Shown: positions 38,101-51,769, counted from the first letter of the stretch. The stretch: 64,000 bases of DNA from Tubiluchus corallicola (GCA_030141605.1 JAQGDQ010000291.1:167071-231070); one strand, 5' to 3'. Numbers and translations: made by a program. Notes: generated by a model from the sequence alone, not told the origin.

Positions 38101-40716
38101 TGCAGGGATGAGAATGACAAATTGCAAAAAAACTCGGAAACAGGCCGGGGTTTTGGGGCCACCTAGGCTCCCAATGGAGTTCAAGGGGAGCCAGCAACAA
38201 ATTGCAATTCTGTGACTATAGAGAGCCTCTAAGTGGACTTAAAATATCAATTACCTTGTTTCATGCATAATTTAAGATACCCAACTATCAAGGGTACATG
38301 ATACCTAATTGTCTCAAAAATGCCTAAGTACTGGCCACTGCTATGCAAAAGTATATAAAAACTGTCTGCAATTGACTCAAATAACTCTGCACAATTGATT
38401 CTATATTTTTATACATAGAGATATACACGTGGTTACACTGATGTAAGTGATGTACACAAAATGTCGGCCTGCCACCTAGCGGTCAACTTGTGAAATAATG
38501 TACTGGGTCCATAAAAATTTTCTCAATGAATTTACGCAATTTACAAAAATGGCACTACTGGTCTTCCAAAAACTCGGAATTTAGCGTATCCGCAGAAAAT
38601 TCTCATCCCTGCTAATGCCACTACAAAAGTTCTAGAACAACTTATCTTAAAACAGTTTATAAACATCTTTAATACTTGTCATAATCAAATTGGTTTTAAA
38701 GTGAATAGTGGCAGTGAAATGTGTACTTAAAAAACAACACACTGATTTTTAGGCTAGTGCGAATTGTATACCACTACGTATCTGTTTTTTAGTAATGCTA
38801 CTAAAGTGGCGATAACGTTAAAATTTTTAGAAAATTGTTCACACATCTTCTCAATGTGGCATGAGCGACATTCAGCAACACATCAAGACATTATGATGCC
38901 CTAGGCTCAGTAGGCTGGTACTTCTGTCCCATCCATTTATATTATGGATTTATGGTTGCTTATAAATGAAGCACAATTACTTGTGATGTGTTAATAGTAA
39001 TATTATGTAGTGCTTACCCTTACTTACTTACTAGCTGCATAGACCTTACATCTAAGTAGGCTGCAAAACTGCTTGCCATGTAGTATGTTGGGTACCCAGT
39101 AACCCATTAGCCGAAGTAGGACAGTTGGCGTACATGGGCTGGCCCAAGTAGGACGCGTCGTACATGGGCTAGCCCAAGTAAGACGTGTCGTACATGGGCT
39201 GCACAAGTAGGACACTAGAGACAGGTCGCGAATTGAGTCGTCAAGCGTACTTGCACCGTCCGTTGTCCTTGTAAATGTAATAATAATAACTAAAAACGTA
39301 TTTACATCTGGTAAAATAAACGAATTTTATTCTGAGCTAGTATAGTTAATATTTGCCAATATTAATCTTCCTTGAAGTGAAATAAGTGCACTTTTTAGGA
39401 GTTTCCTCCAACATTTGCTTAAGGTATATCATTTTTTATTTTGTCTTGCTTCACAGACAGGTGATCCTTTTCACTCCCTCTTGGACAAATAATTGTTTTC
39501 TACTAAGTAAATGGGTTAACGAGTTATGTGCCCTAAATAGTTTCTCTCTTTAGAGCATTAGATACTTAGTTTAATATTATGATGATATTAATGGAGCTAA
39601 TAATAATGATGATATTCTTGTAAAAAGTAAATTGTCAAGGACTATCCATTATTATTATTATAAAGTTACTTTTTTTCTAAAACAAATTTAGTTTTATGTT
39701 TTATTATGTCATAGATCTTGATTCTTGACAGAAATCGCTCGTGCCCTACATGGGCTGCCTATGTACGACACTGCTTTTCCGCAAATTTAGCACATGGTTT
39801 TTACCGAATGTGTCCTACTTCGGCTAGTGGGTTACTCGGCGCCCTACATAGTACTTTTTATATTGTTCTGATTTGTTATGCGGCACTTGTACATAAAAGC
39901 TGAGTCACTAATTGCTTGCGGTGCGCTATAAAAGACGCACATTATACTGAATTGAAAGCACGTACAGTTTTTTCTGAGGTGAAAGACAATTTTTTTTAAC
40001 ACTGGGCATCTAAAATCTGGCACCTTTCAAGATTCTCAAAAATGGAGCCCCAGGTTACAGCCCATTAGCCTATTGGCAAATACGTCCCTGCCTACTTTAC
40101 TGACATTGCGATAGCGTACACTGGTTTTTATTTTTATAGATTACTTTTTAGTTTGACTGTATTTAGGTTTTGAATTAAATTGGACTGAGTTAAAATAAAA
40201 AAATAAAAGTAAATAAAGCTTTGCAATAATGAAGATCAGGTCCCTTATGTTTGTAGACTAATTTTCAACAACATTGACAAAACCGTCACCGGGATGCGTA
40301 AAATAATTAACAGTTTTTAGAAAGTTAAATCATCGGTTACCATTGTCAAGAAAAGCAATTGTAATTAAAATTGTGAACTAATTCCTAATTCCCAGAACCA
40401 ACTAAATCATTGAATTTGAACCTAAATCCATCGTAAATGAAGAAAAATTTTATTGATAATTTAACATAAATGAGTAGTTTTAATCATAACAGAGCTGTAA
40501 AAGATGCCTCAAAAAATTCCAAAGTTGAAAATACAGATCTAGTGTATGTCTATATACCTCTGGTTCTTTTGGACCAACTAAACAAACAGAAAATCCACTG
40601 TAATCAGATGCATACTTTGCTGCCGAACTACCAATAAGGCCGGCTCCGATTATGCAAATATCATAACATTTTTTTAATAAATGATCTGCACAGAATCGCG
40701 ACTTGCGAGGCGACAT
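30906..40716 (-). CDS. FAD-dependent oxidoreductase, DAO/monomeric sarcosine oxidase-like family, paralog A, 8 exons, 425 aa, C-terminal SQL
   Basis: Exons (minus): 40716-40558, 35972-35837, 35333-35212, 34903-34747, 33902-33695, 33250-33132, 31995-31852, 31138-30906; total 1278 nt. Rossmann YDICIIGAGLIGSSAA, GAWYDEGR, VLVAAGAF, ILPPIKFPNG, KAACLLTRT, NGYGAKSCDELG. Confidence 0.9.
32101..32388 (-). mobile_element. tRNA-derived SINE with (ATT)n tail
   Basis: Minus strand has an A-box-like TAGTCTAGTGG and B box GGTTCGAACC, body ATACCAAAGACTTTAAAAATGGTACC, and ends in an (ATT)n tail. A more degenerate plus-strand relative lies at about 49759-49900. Confidence 0.75.
36178..36367. repeat. (GT)n-rich compound microsatellite
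   Basis: GTGT runs with GAGGGTGC interruptions. Confidence 0.9.
36938..37323. mobile_element. MITE with AGTCTTTTCACAGTTTC TIRs
   Basis: 17-bp perfect TIR; a partial second copy lies at about 48845-49041. Confidence 0.7.
38026..38730 (+). mobile_element. Non-LTR retrotransposon reverse-transcriptase fragment interrupted by a MITE
   Basis: IPIVKRKNSSITDKNNYCSVSLANA joins TTKVLEQLILKQFINIFNTCHNQIGFK after removing 38104-38610 plus one TSD; matches the LINE RT N-terminal pattern (NYRPISL...K.LE....Q.GF). Confidence 0.72.
38104..38610. mobile_element. MITE inserted in the LINE fragment
   Basis: TIR (C)AGGGATGAGAAT / ATTCTCATCCCT(G), flanked by duplicated GCTAATGC. Confidence 0.8.
39095..39839. 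mobile_element. Non-autonomous DNA transposon with CCCAGTAACCCA termini (EnSpm/CACTA-like) and subterminal 30-bp repeats
   Basis: 29-bp TIR CCCAGTAACCCATTAGCCGAAGTAGGACA with 2 mismatches; subterminal TACATGGGCT repeats at both ends. Confidence 0.75.
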
Positions 40717-42922
40717 TTTAAAGCAAAAAAACAAATCCTGATTAAAGATGTGAACGATTTTAAGTCAGATCAATTTTATTAGCAAAAACACTATACAGTC
40801 ACAATTATCTAGGATGATGATAATAATAATAATTCTCATTAATATTATGAAATACTAGCAAAAATACTTAATACTACAGTATTGGTACCTAGCACTTATG
40901 CTATTCTATAAAATTAATTATTCAACTAATAATAATTGCAATACGATAAAATTTTAACTATAACGTAGGTTTAAAAACAGCACCACTGTTAGACTACATC
41001 ATCAGCCACATTAAGCTATCAAACATAAGAAACAAAAAAATACAGTGATTAACAAATTAGTATATTAATAACAAATGTAAGCCTTTAAGTTCGATATGCA
41101 AGATAACTATGCAAAATTAACTGACATCAAAAAAACTATATTTATGCACCAATGTGTTTAGGTGTGCATCTTTAACATACGATATGCCTAGATATTTTAT
41201 GTAACACATAAAAAGACACTTCACTTCAAACAATAGAGGTGAAATTACAATGCTAGTCGCAAGATCATTATACTGGTTTATTAGTTCATTATATCAGTTT
41301 AAAACCAAATTTGAAAAGCAACTCTTTAAAATGAAAATGTGAAAAAGCAGGGGCTGTCTCTGGACGTGCATCACAGACTTTTGGATTAAAAGTCAAATGC
41401 TGTGATTCATAAAGCCCACGGCCCTTAGCAGGTCTTAACAAAACTGGATTAGTTGGGAGCCCATCAGGATAGAAATAAGAACTAAGAGTTTCATCAGTAC
41501 CACACAAGAGGTTGTACTGTCCAGTATAGCATTTGGTAGTAATTTGTATAAGCAAGAAAAGGCAAAGTTACTGAAGGAGAAGTGTCAGGTAAAAGCACAT
41601 CTATTATACATACAGTGCCACAGCACATCAAATTCTACTTCCTTAATGTGCATTACTACTACCTGCACAGTAATTTCCCACATCGTACTAACAACAAAAA
41701 ATTTGCCCATACAAGTTGAATGGTGCTCTAAAACTACGCTTAATCTTTCCGACTGATGACACAAACTCCACAGGTAATTTCTAAGCTCCAATCTCCATAA
41801 ATTTAACTCTAAATGCTAAGTGTACAAACTTCTTAGTCAAACTAACAAACCTAATGTACTTCACTCGACGAATTATAAGAACTCTGAAATTGTATCAAAA
41901 ATATACGAAATTTTTGGGACACAAAACACAAGCCCCTTAAAAAATCATTAAGAGTTTATTTCACTTTATTCTTTTATTGGAATAAAACTTTTTGCCATAA
42001 AAATACATGCTTGTATTATGCATAATATCAACTCTTAGATGAAAAAATGCAAAATTTGGATATTTTAACACGTTTTAAATAAAAAAGCTTAGATTTTCTA
42101 ACCAAACAAAAACATAATTTATCCTTTAAGTTTCGTTGTTTCTTGCATTAAAAAGGATCCTATTTTTGCCCTGATGCTTTAGTTACTTTTTTCATTTAGT
42201 GGCCTAATTGATCAATACCATTATTGACAGCACAATCATTGTGACGTTAGATACAATAAAGGCAATATCAGCAAAATAAAGACTTTACAAGAAGAAAACA
42301 ATTTTTATTAAAACTTTAAGTTACGAAAACAAAATGTTAAAAAACGTCTCCAAACATTTCGACTGCAATTTACAGTCATCATCAGTGATAGACTACACAA
42401 ACAAACAACCAGTTTCGTAGGCAAAGCGTACAGTATAGAAATTATTCATTAATTATGTATTTATTTACAAGGAATTATTTATTGACAATATCTACTGTAG
42501 GCTCTGCATACAAAACTGATTGTTTGTGTAATCTGTCACTGAAGATAACTGTAGGGTGCAGTCAAAACATGTAACTTAAAGTTTTAAAAAAGTTATTTTC
42601 TTCTTATAATGTGAGTGCCTGTATAAACTGACTTACGCAGTGCGAGCAGACAATGCAATCATACTAATATCTAGTTTTTTTTCCTTTTTACGAGTTTGGC
42701 GACAGTGTGAAGCATAAAATGTCTATTTTTTGAACTCTCTTAGCAAAAGTTAGAAGTTTACCTTGCTAAATTTATTTATATGCAAATTGGATAAATTTCT
42801 ATAGCGTTTTAAAAAGGGCACGTTTTTTGCGTCCTCCTAGTATAACAATAACAATCAAGATATCTTTAAAAATATGAAAAACTTTTGCTGACTTGTATTA
42901 ATGGATACGTTTACTTTCCGCA

Positions 42923-45900
42923 TTATAATCGCGAAGTGTGTTTATTGCGAAGCTGAAATTCTGAACGAGAAAAAGGGCAATCCCATTCATTGTCCAGAAT
43001 CAGCTTGACCGCAATGCGGCCCAGCTCATCGCAAGACTTTGCACCATAACCATTCATAGCTATAGCCACACCATAGCCTGGTTTTATCAAGTCAATAAAT
43101 GGTCGGTGCGTTGAAGTTCGTGTGGTCAAGCAAGCTGCTTTCGTTACCGGCCGTGACGCTAAATCTGCAACAAAAAATTTTCTAACTGCCGCAAACCGGG
43201 TCAAATACTCTAATCAATACAGTGACAAATAAATTTATGGATCAATTCACTGACAAAAATCCTACTGTACTGCTAACAATAGAAAAATACACTCAAGAGA
43301 ATTGTTAATTTTCAATTGTTATGACCAGTTTGTAAATTCACTGCATTCTAATGGGCTGCACAGAATATTAGGGAAATTTACAAGATTAGACACAGATCAG
43401 AATGATTCACATTTTGCTTTGTGGGTTTTCCTTAATGTGATCATAGATGTATGATTACAATCGGCCATATGCCCACTAACATCAAACAAATCCAGGGTGA
43501 ACATACCAGAATCCAATAAGAAAGAACTGCAGCAAAATCACAAAACTACATTTTAGAATCGACGATCAACAGATACAAAGTAGCATTTTTACGGAGAAGC
43601 ATTTGATACCCACCAGGAAAAATATTCACAATTTCAGCAGAAAGCACTTTCAGTAACTCATCAGACCCGCCAGATAAAAACCAGTTCTTTATCTCTGCCA
43701 GGTTCGTCAGTTCCTCTTCGAAGTAAGATCCATGCCCCATCTTTATGTAGGTTTTCCCTATCAAATACATACAGTGATAGTAGACAAACATACTTCTAGT
43801 GTCACCTTGATGGAGGCCCTCTGCTCAACTTATAACATTTGTTCTGGTACGATAAAAAAGCGGAAAGATCCACTACTTCGAAACTGATTTTTCCTAATTA
43901 TTAACTGAGTGATTACAGTACGTGCTTAGCAACCAAGAATGAGTAATGCCAGACCTGCTTATAAATGGGCTGATGCCACGAAAATCGGTTCCGAATGGTT
44001 TCGCCTGCCACATTTAGTTTGTTAAGGAAGGCTGCATCTCGGTTAATATGTCAGTTTAGGGAATTACTCTTGATAACGAGAGAGATGCCAGTTCTACCAC
44101 AACCATCTAAGTAAGCAGGCAGAGAAATGTAGAGCTAAATACTGGCTTGCATATATTATAAGTATTGGCATCTTCCCTGCTAAGATCCACACGTGCTACA
44201 CATGCAACATTCAGCAGAATTTTTAGAACACAGCCAGCAGATTCACATAACTCACCATTGGGGTATTTTATGGGTGGCAATATGTAATTCGAATATTTCT
44301 GTTTTTCTTCGGGACTCGGTTGCCTAGTTTGAATAGCGTTAGCGTGCGTCAGTTCAGGACATAAAATGCTGGGACAGTTCCTAAAATAAAGAAAAAAATA
44401 AAATTTTAGGGGAGTGACAGTAAAACTTATTCTGAATTAACTAATAATTAAAATACAGAGGATCAAACAATGCATAAAAACCTACATTAACTTTCTAATT
44501 GCAAGTGAGCGTAAATGATTGCTAAGACTTTGAGCAAAACAAGAGAGCAACAAGACTTTGAGCAAAACAAGAGAGCAACAAGACTTTGAGCAAAACAAGA
44601 GAGCAACAAGACTTTGAGCAAAACAAGAGAGCAACAAGACTTTGAGCAAAACAAGAGAGCAACAAGACTTTGAGCAAAACAAGAGAGCAACAAGACTTTG
44701 AGCAAAACAAGAGAGCAAAAAGACTTTGAGCAAAACAAGAGAGCAACAAGACTGTGAGCAAAACAAGAGAGCAACAAGACTTTGAGCATTCTGATGACGC
44801 ACTGGTTATGTTTGGTACTTTGCATCAACTTTCTTCCTAAAATGATTAGTTATCACACAAAAGGAACCTATCAGTTCAGTGTATTGAACTTGGTCATGAT
44901 GTAAAAACTTTTTTGATTTTCACTGACTCTATTTGATTAATTACAGTAACTCTATCCACAGCCTCCTTCCATCCACAGCCTCTTTGCTTAATCAGCATAC
45001 AAGCAAGGGTCTACTACGCCGAGGATTTGTTTAGCCGAGACCTCATCAGTTGACTGCAACAGCAACAATGCCAGCAGTTTTGGCAAATACAATGAACGAC
45101 AACAGTGAAGACAATCAGCAAGAATATTTCTGTAGCACGGCTATAACATTGAAGTGCAAATTTATTATAAACTGATTGGTGCTAATGCTGCAAAATCAAA
45201 AATACTTCAATTTGTCTTTAGTTGCTTCATCTTCAATTTCTACAAATACCACCGTCTGCTTGATGACGCTATAATCCGGTTCAACTCCAATAGGAAGGAG
45301 ATTTTTAAATTTGGCAAAGGCGCCAGCGGCAACAAGAACTTTTCTGGCATTAACTATTTGTCCACCATTCAGAAGCACATTGTAAGTACCATCAGCAGAT
45401 TCATTGACACCTTCTGTAAAAGATGGAACATCTAATTACAGGTGTTCTCCTGTAAATTATAAGAAGAGCTGTTTTAAGTGAATTATAAGTAGGTTAGTTG
45501 GTGTGGAATGCCTAAAAACTCAGTTAAGTTAGACAAATCTATTCAGTAAAGTAACAGCAATATGCGTAGGATTGAATAACGAAAACAAACGAAAATTCCT
45601 TTCAATGTGAATACGATATATGCATAAAATTACTGTGAAGTAGTATAATTTTTAAGGCGATCTTTCTGAAACCTACTTCAGGTGCCCCTTTTCTTGTCCT
45701 TTAAGTTTCCATGTTTCGTTTATTCAACCTTTGAGAATTTCACCTATTGATGCCAAAAACAGCAACTGGGCATGCTGTAAATCTGATTGGTTATTAATTA
45801 ACATAAACTTAATGTCTGATTGTCAGGATTATTTTGGATGTGTAACATCTCCTGAAAGGTTATGTCTGCTTAACACTTTCTGATTTTATAATGTTCTTTC

Positions 45901-48900
45901 TTTCTAGAAAAGCTGCTTCCTTATATTCCAAAAAAACAAAAGTAATTACATTATAATTTCCTCATACATTCTACAATCTAACACAGAGAAACAATTTAAA
46001 CACCGCAAGCATATTCTCCATCAGTCACAAGATGGATACCTCTAATAACTTAATAACCAGCTCACAATAATTAGGTATATTAAACATAGTTCATATGTGT
46101 AAATCATTGTTCAATGAAATCTCTTTTAGCATGTGTAAATCATTGTTCAATGAAATCTCTTTTAGCATGTGTAAATCATTGTTCAATGAAATCTCTTTTA
46201 GCATGTGTAAATCATTGTTCAATGAAATCTCTTTTAGCATGTGTAAATCATTGTTCAATGAAATCTCTTTTAGCATGTGTGAATCATTGTTCAATGAAAT
46301 CTCTTTTAGTATGTGTAAATCATTGTTCAATGAAATCTCTTTTAGTATGTGTAAATCATTGTTCAATGAAACTCTTTTAGCATGTAATCATTGTTCAATG
46401 AAATCCTTTAGTATGTTAAATCATTGTTCAATGAAACCTCTTTAGCATGTGTAAATCATTGTTCAATGAAATCTCTTTTAGTATGTATAAATCATTGTTC
46501 AATGAAATCTCTTTTAGTATGTGTAAATCATTGTTCAATGAAATCTCTTTTAGCATGTGTAAATCATTGTTCAATGAAATCTCTTTTAGCATGTGTAAAT
46601 CATTGTTCAATGAAATCTCTTTTAGCATGTGTAAATCATTGTTCAATGAAATCTCTTTTAGCATGTGTGAATCATTGTTCAATGAAATCTCTTTTAGTAT
46701 GTGTAAATCATTGTTCAATGAAATCTCTTTTAGTATGTGTAAATCATTGTTCAATGAAACCTCTTTTAGCATGTGTGAATCATTGTTCAATGAAATCTCT
46801 TTTAGTATGTATAAATCATTGTTCAATGAAACCTCTTTTAGCATGTGTAAATCATTGTTCAATGAAATCTCTTTTAGTATGTGTAAATCATTGTTCAATG
46901 AAATCTCTTTTAGTATGTGTAAATCATTGTTCAATGAAATCTCTTTTAGCATGTGTGAATCATTGTTCAATGAAATCTCTTTTAGTATGTATAAATCATT
47001 GTTCAATGAAACCTCTTTTAGCATGTGTAAATCATTGTTCAATGAAATCTCTTTTAGTATGTATAAATCATTGTTCAATGAAATCTCTTTTAGTATGTAT
47101 AAATCATTGTTCAATGAAACCTCTTTTAGCATGTGTAAATCATTGTTCAATGAAATCTCTTTTAGTATGTATAAATCATTGTTCAATGAAATCTCTTTTA
47201 GCATGTGTAAATCATTGTTCAATGAAATCTCTTTTAGTATGTATAAATCATTGTTCAATGAAATCTCTTTTAGTATGTGTAAATCATTGTTCAATGAAAT
47301 CTCTTTTAGTATGTATAAATCATTGTTCAATGAAATCTCTTTTAGTATGTATAAATCATTGTTCAATGAAATCTCTTTTAGCATGTGTGAATCATTGTTC
47401 AATGAAATCTCTTTTAGTATGTGTAAATCATCGTTCAATGGAATCTCTTTTAGCATGTGTAAATCATTGTTCAATGAAATTTCTTTTAGTATGTATAAAT
47501 CATTGTTCAATGAAATCTCTTTTAGTATGTATAAATCATTGTTCAATGAAATCTCTTTTAGTATGTATAAATCATTGTTCAATGAAATCTCTTTTAGCAT
47601 GTGTAAATCATTGTTCAATGAAATCTCTTTTAGCATGAGTGAATCATTGTTCAATGAAATCTCTTTTAGCATGTGTAAATCATTGTTCAATGAAATCTCT
47701 TTTAGTATGTATAAATCATTGTTCAATGAAATCTCTTTTAGCATGTGTGAATCATTGTTCAATGAAATCTCTTTTAGTATGTATAAATCATTGTTCAATG
47801 AAATCTCTTTTAGCATGTGTAAATCATTGTTCAATGAAATCTCTTTTAGTATGTGTAAATCATTGTTCAATGAAATCTCTTTTAGCATGTGTAAATCATT
47901 GTTCATTGAATCCTCTTTTAGCATGTGCAAATCATTGTTCAATGAAATCTCTTTTAGTATGTGTAAATCATTGTTCAATGAAATCTCTTTTAGTATGTGT
48001 AAATCATTGTTCAATGAAATTTCTTTCAGCATGTGTAAATCATTGTTCAATGAAATCTCTTTTAGTATGTGTAAATCATTGTTCAATGATATCTCTTTTA
48101 GTATGTGTAAATCATTGTTCAATGAAATTTCTTTCAGCATGTGTAAATCATTGTTCAATGAAATCTCTTTTAGTATGTGTAAATCATTGTTCAATGATAT
48201 CTCTTTCAGCATGTGTAAATCATTGTTCAATGAAATCTCTTTTAGCATGTGTAAATCATTGTTCAACGAAATCTCTTTATAACAGCTGCTTTAGGACTGC
48301 AAAAAAAGGTGGCATTAAGGGAGTTTGGCATTATAATGAGGTGCATTAATGCGTACATATATATATATATATATGCAAATATAGACATTATGTTTTGAGC
48401 GAGGTTAACTATAAATGGGGCGTTACAAAGAGGTTTGGCTGTAGTATGGAACGAGAATTATATAAAAAACTCACCGACTATATCATCAACAATATCACAT
48501 CCTTGCAAATGAGCAATGGTCTGCTGTGCTGCATTAAGCCGCCGCGGGGAACAATATCCGCTACCTGGTTTGGTGAACAATGCGGGAGAGTCTTCTTCAA
48601 AGTTCAAAAACGGAAACCTTACTTTCAGTTCCTACAACATAAATGAATTATGCATCCCGAGAGTATTACGCTATGCAACAATTACAAAAAAGAAATGGAA
48701 CAAAAACAATAGAGAGTTCGAAGTTGAATGTAGAAAATTTCAGTTGACATTACAAAAATTATTATTAAAAGTTCTTCAATTATTTATTTAAATAACAGTA
48801 GCAAAGTTATTGTCGGTCATTACTGTATTAATTACATAATAAACCTTTTCACAATTCCAGTGATTGATGATGATCGTGAAAACGATAAAGGTTAAGTGTA

Positions 48901-50379
48901 CCAGACAATGCATATGGGTACATCTGAAACAATGCCTTGTAGCTCATGCTGTTATAATAGCAATAGTTTTAACAGCTAGCTAGAATCTTACCTAGTTCGT
49001 TTTTTCTTGTTTCCAAGTCAGGTCCTGCTAGTAAATCACTCAATATGCAGTACTATGCAGTACTCAATATTACCTGTGTATTGTACTACTTACACTAGGA
49101 GCGAGTTTTTCAATAGGAACATTCTGTTTAACAGCTGTTTGCACTATTGGACTGTTCTCTAAGGTACTAGTGGCTAAGACATTTAAAATCCCAGCTTCTG
49201 TAAAGAACTTTATTCCTAAATAACAAAATTTGCAGTTAAATTAAATACTGTTTAGATGTTTCTAATTTGTAAACTGGTGAATCCAAGATAATTATGACAA
49301 ACACAAAAGTTTTCACTCAGAAAACTACAAGCCATTTATTGCACGCTCTACCACTGACCAGTCTCTAAGTACTGCGTGAACAATTCACATTAAATTATAT
49401 GAGTTCTCCTTTAATTACACACACAAAATCAATACACCATTCAAAAAATGTAATACAAAATCTGCACAAATTTATATAACTTGATTTCCAACTACGTGAG
49501 TGAGAGGTATATACTATATAAGTAGCTGCGACTATCTACCATAATGAGAGTTTTAAATTGTGTAGTACCAGATTGGTTTTCTATATCAGTGTATCTTGCT
49601 GCAGATTTTTGTGCCACGTAAGCCCAAAATGGATCAGAATCCGTAATTCTACAAACTCTTCCTTCATCATACCATGCCCCAAAAACATCTTGATCAGTGT
49701 AGCACTACAGCAAGAAAGAATTTTATCCAAACTAGCCACTAGGTATCTAATTGGTAGAGGTATAGTTCAACGGTAGCCTGCTCGCTTCCTAAGTGGAAGG
49801 TTAAGTATTCACTACTTAACCTAGGCATATCAAGAACTTAAAAATCGCGCTAATGTTTTTTCGACCAAATTCGCAGGTTTACCGAAATAACATGCGGGTG
49901 GTAATAATAATGGAGTCCATCTTGGATATAAGTATTGAGTTACTCTTGGTGTTATCCCTGGACTGCGTCTAAACAAATTTTTAATAATATGATCAGGTAC
50001 CCTACTCGCACTACTGCCACTAGTCGTAGCACGAAAGATAACAAGAAAATTAATACATTTACCACAAAAGCAATAACCGCATTAGAACCAGATAGATTTC
50101 CATGTATTAAATCACGCAATGAACGGCGAAACGTAATAAACTTAAGTCAATAAAAATTGTGCTTGAATCTAGAGACAAAATTAATGCTTATCCTTATACT
50201 TCTTTATAACTTTGTTGGTATACCTCAGGTTCCTTTGGGCCAATTAAGCAAACAGACACGTCTTTGCGGGCGGAGGCATGTTTTGCCGCCGAACTACCCA
50301 CAAGTCCAGCCCCAATTACACATATTTCGTATTTTTCTTTTAATGAATAATCACCACGAAAACGCCTAGCAGCAGACAT
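42923..50379 (-). CDS. FAD-dependent oxidoreductase, DAO/monomeric sarcosine oxidase-like family, paralog B, 8 exons, 429 aa, C-terminal PTS1 SRL
   Basis: Exons (minus): 50379-50224, 49704-49569, 49215-49094, 48631-48475, 45413-45206, 44380-44256, 43757-43614, 43164-42923; total 1290 nt. Same intron positions and phases as paralog A. Motifs YEICVIGAGLVGSSAA, YILPPIKYPNG; ends HTSRL-stop. Confidence 0.9.
44524..44788. repeat. 28-bp minisatellite, about 9.5 copies
   Basis: Unit AAGACTTTGAGCAAAACAAGAGAGCAAC. Confidence 0.95.
46095..48279. repeat. 36-bp satellite, about 60 copies, in intron 4 of oxidase B
   Basis: Unit ATGTGTAAATCATTGTTCAATGAAATCTCTTTTAG(C/T). Confidence 0.97.
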
Positions 50380-51769
50380 GTTGACGTAAAATGGTAGATC
50401 TTGAAAATTGCGAGAAATCGTGCAACATTAAGCATTTAAACTGTTTTCTTACCAGTATAGGTGAAAGACTTGTGGCCTGAATGATTGTGAGGTTATGCAA
50501 AATAATATTAACTATACCTACTGATTTTGTCGTCAATGGCAAATGTAATTTACCACCGAAAAATGCAAGCTCCTGGTTATTGGAAGGTATAATATCGCAG
50601 GTTACACATACAAAATGGCACATAGACAAAGTTATAGAGAAATTATAAGTGTCACAGGAGAAAAAGTAGTGTAGTTCAAACTGTAGAGTTCACTGTAGTT
50701 CAAGCCTCTAATCCTGCCCGGTTCGAGATGCGCCTTGATAGACACTGGAAATGCAACACAGAAAAATAAATAGACTCTAGGTTGCCACAGTGAGACAATG
50801 AAGTCTTGTGCCACGCTTCAAATTGCCTCTTATTTTCTTTATTTTTAGTAAAGTGAATAAGGAAGAGTGGAGATTGGAGAGGTCCATAAGCTGTTATGCT
50901 TGACTTCTATAATTCGATGGTAATGGTAACGGTAAATAGGTCAGCAAACGAAACTACAAAATTAATAATAATTTTAATTTCAGCATAAATGTAATAATAT
51001 AATACCTGATAGTATTTATAGTGATAACATTGTTGTTATTGGGTCTATTCCAGGCTTGTCAATTTTCCACTCAAGATCAAATGCCACCAGTAATACCTAG
51101 GGTGCAACATAGTAACCTTCTGCTAATAAATAAAACTGACAAATAATAGTACAGAGCAATTTGTTGGTATTGCTCAATCAGTTGTGACTCTAACATGCAT
51201 TCAATATTTTGTGGGGAAGTTTAGCTGTCTCGATTTTTCTAGGAGCGGCAAAAGACTCTTTTCTATATCAGCCCATGAGTAACACATTATACAGAGGTAT
51301 TCAAACTCCAAACATACTTGATTCGATGTAAACAAATGAAGAAGATGCGAGGGACAAACTCAAGCATTAATCTCTTCTTGGTCATAGTCATTACAGAATT
51401 ATACAGTTTTAATAATTATTACAATTACATGCTATACTTATAAGCTTTCTGTAAATTTACTACAGCATAATTATCATAGAGTGATTTATGCAGGAATGAG
51501 ATATGAAGAAGCCGTGGATTGCTCTGTTATACGATTTCACATTGACCTAGATTGTGTATGGAAAAATTTTGCTGATAAAATACGATAAAACATAAAATGC
51601 ATAAGATTATTGAAAATTACATACCAATGTTAAAGTTAGAAGTCAGCAACATGGCATCACGAGATCTAAATCAGGGATTATTCAAAAGGCAGTTGAGACT
51701 ACGCGAAAAAAGAGGAATACATATTAATGGTACTTGCTGTTATGTCGCCAATGTGACCATGAGTTATGC

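Noticed and set aside
40678-40716. PTS2 signal in the oxidase A N-terminus
   Set aside because: RKSRFCADHL does not fit R-[LIVQ]-x5-[HQ]-[LA].
41289-41791. ORFs between the oxidase paralogs
   Set aside because: No recognizable domain or splice structure; a SVPHKRL stretch suggests decayed LINE sequence.
46095-48349. 400-612 aa ORFs
   Set aside because: Translations of a 36-bp satellite inside an intron; no unique sequence.
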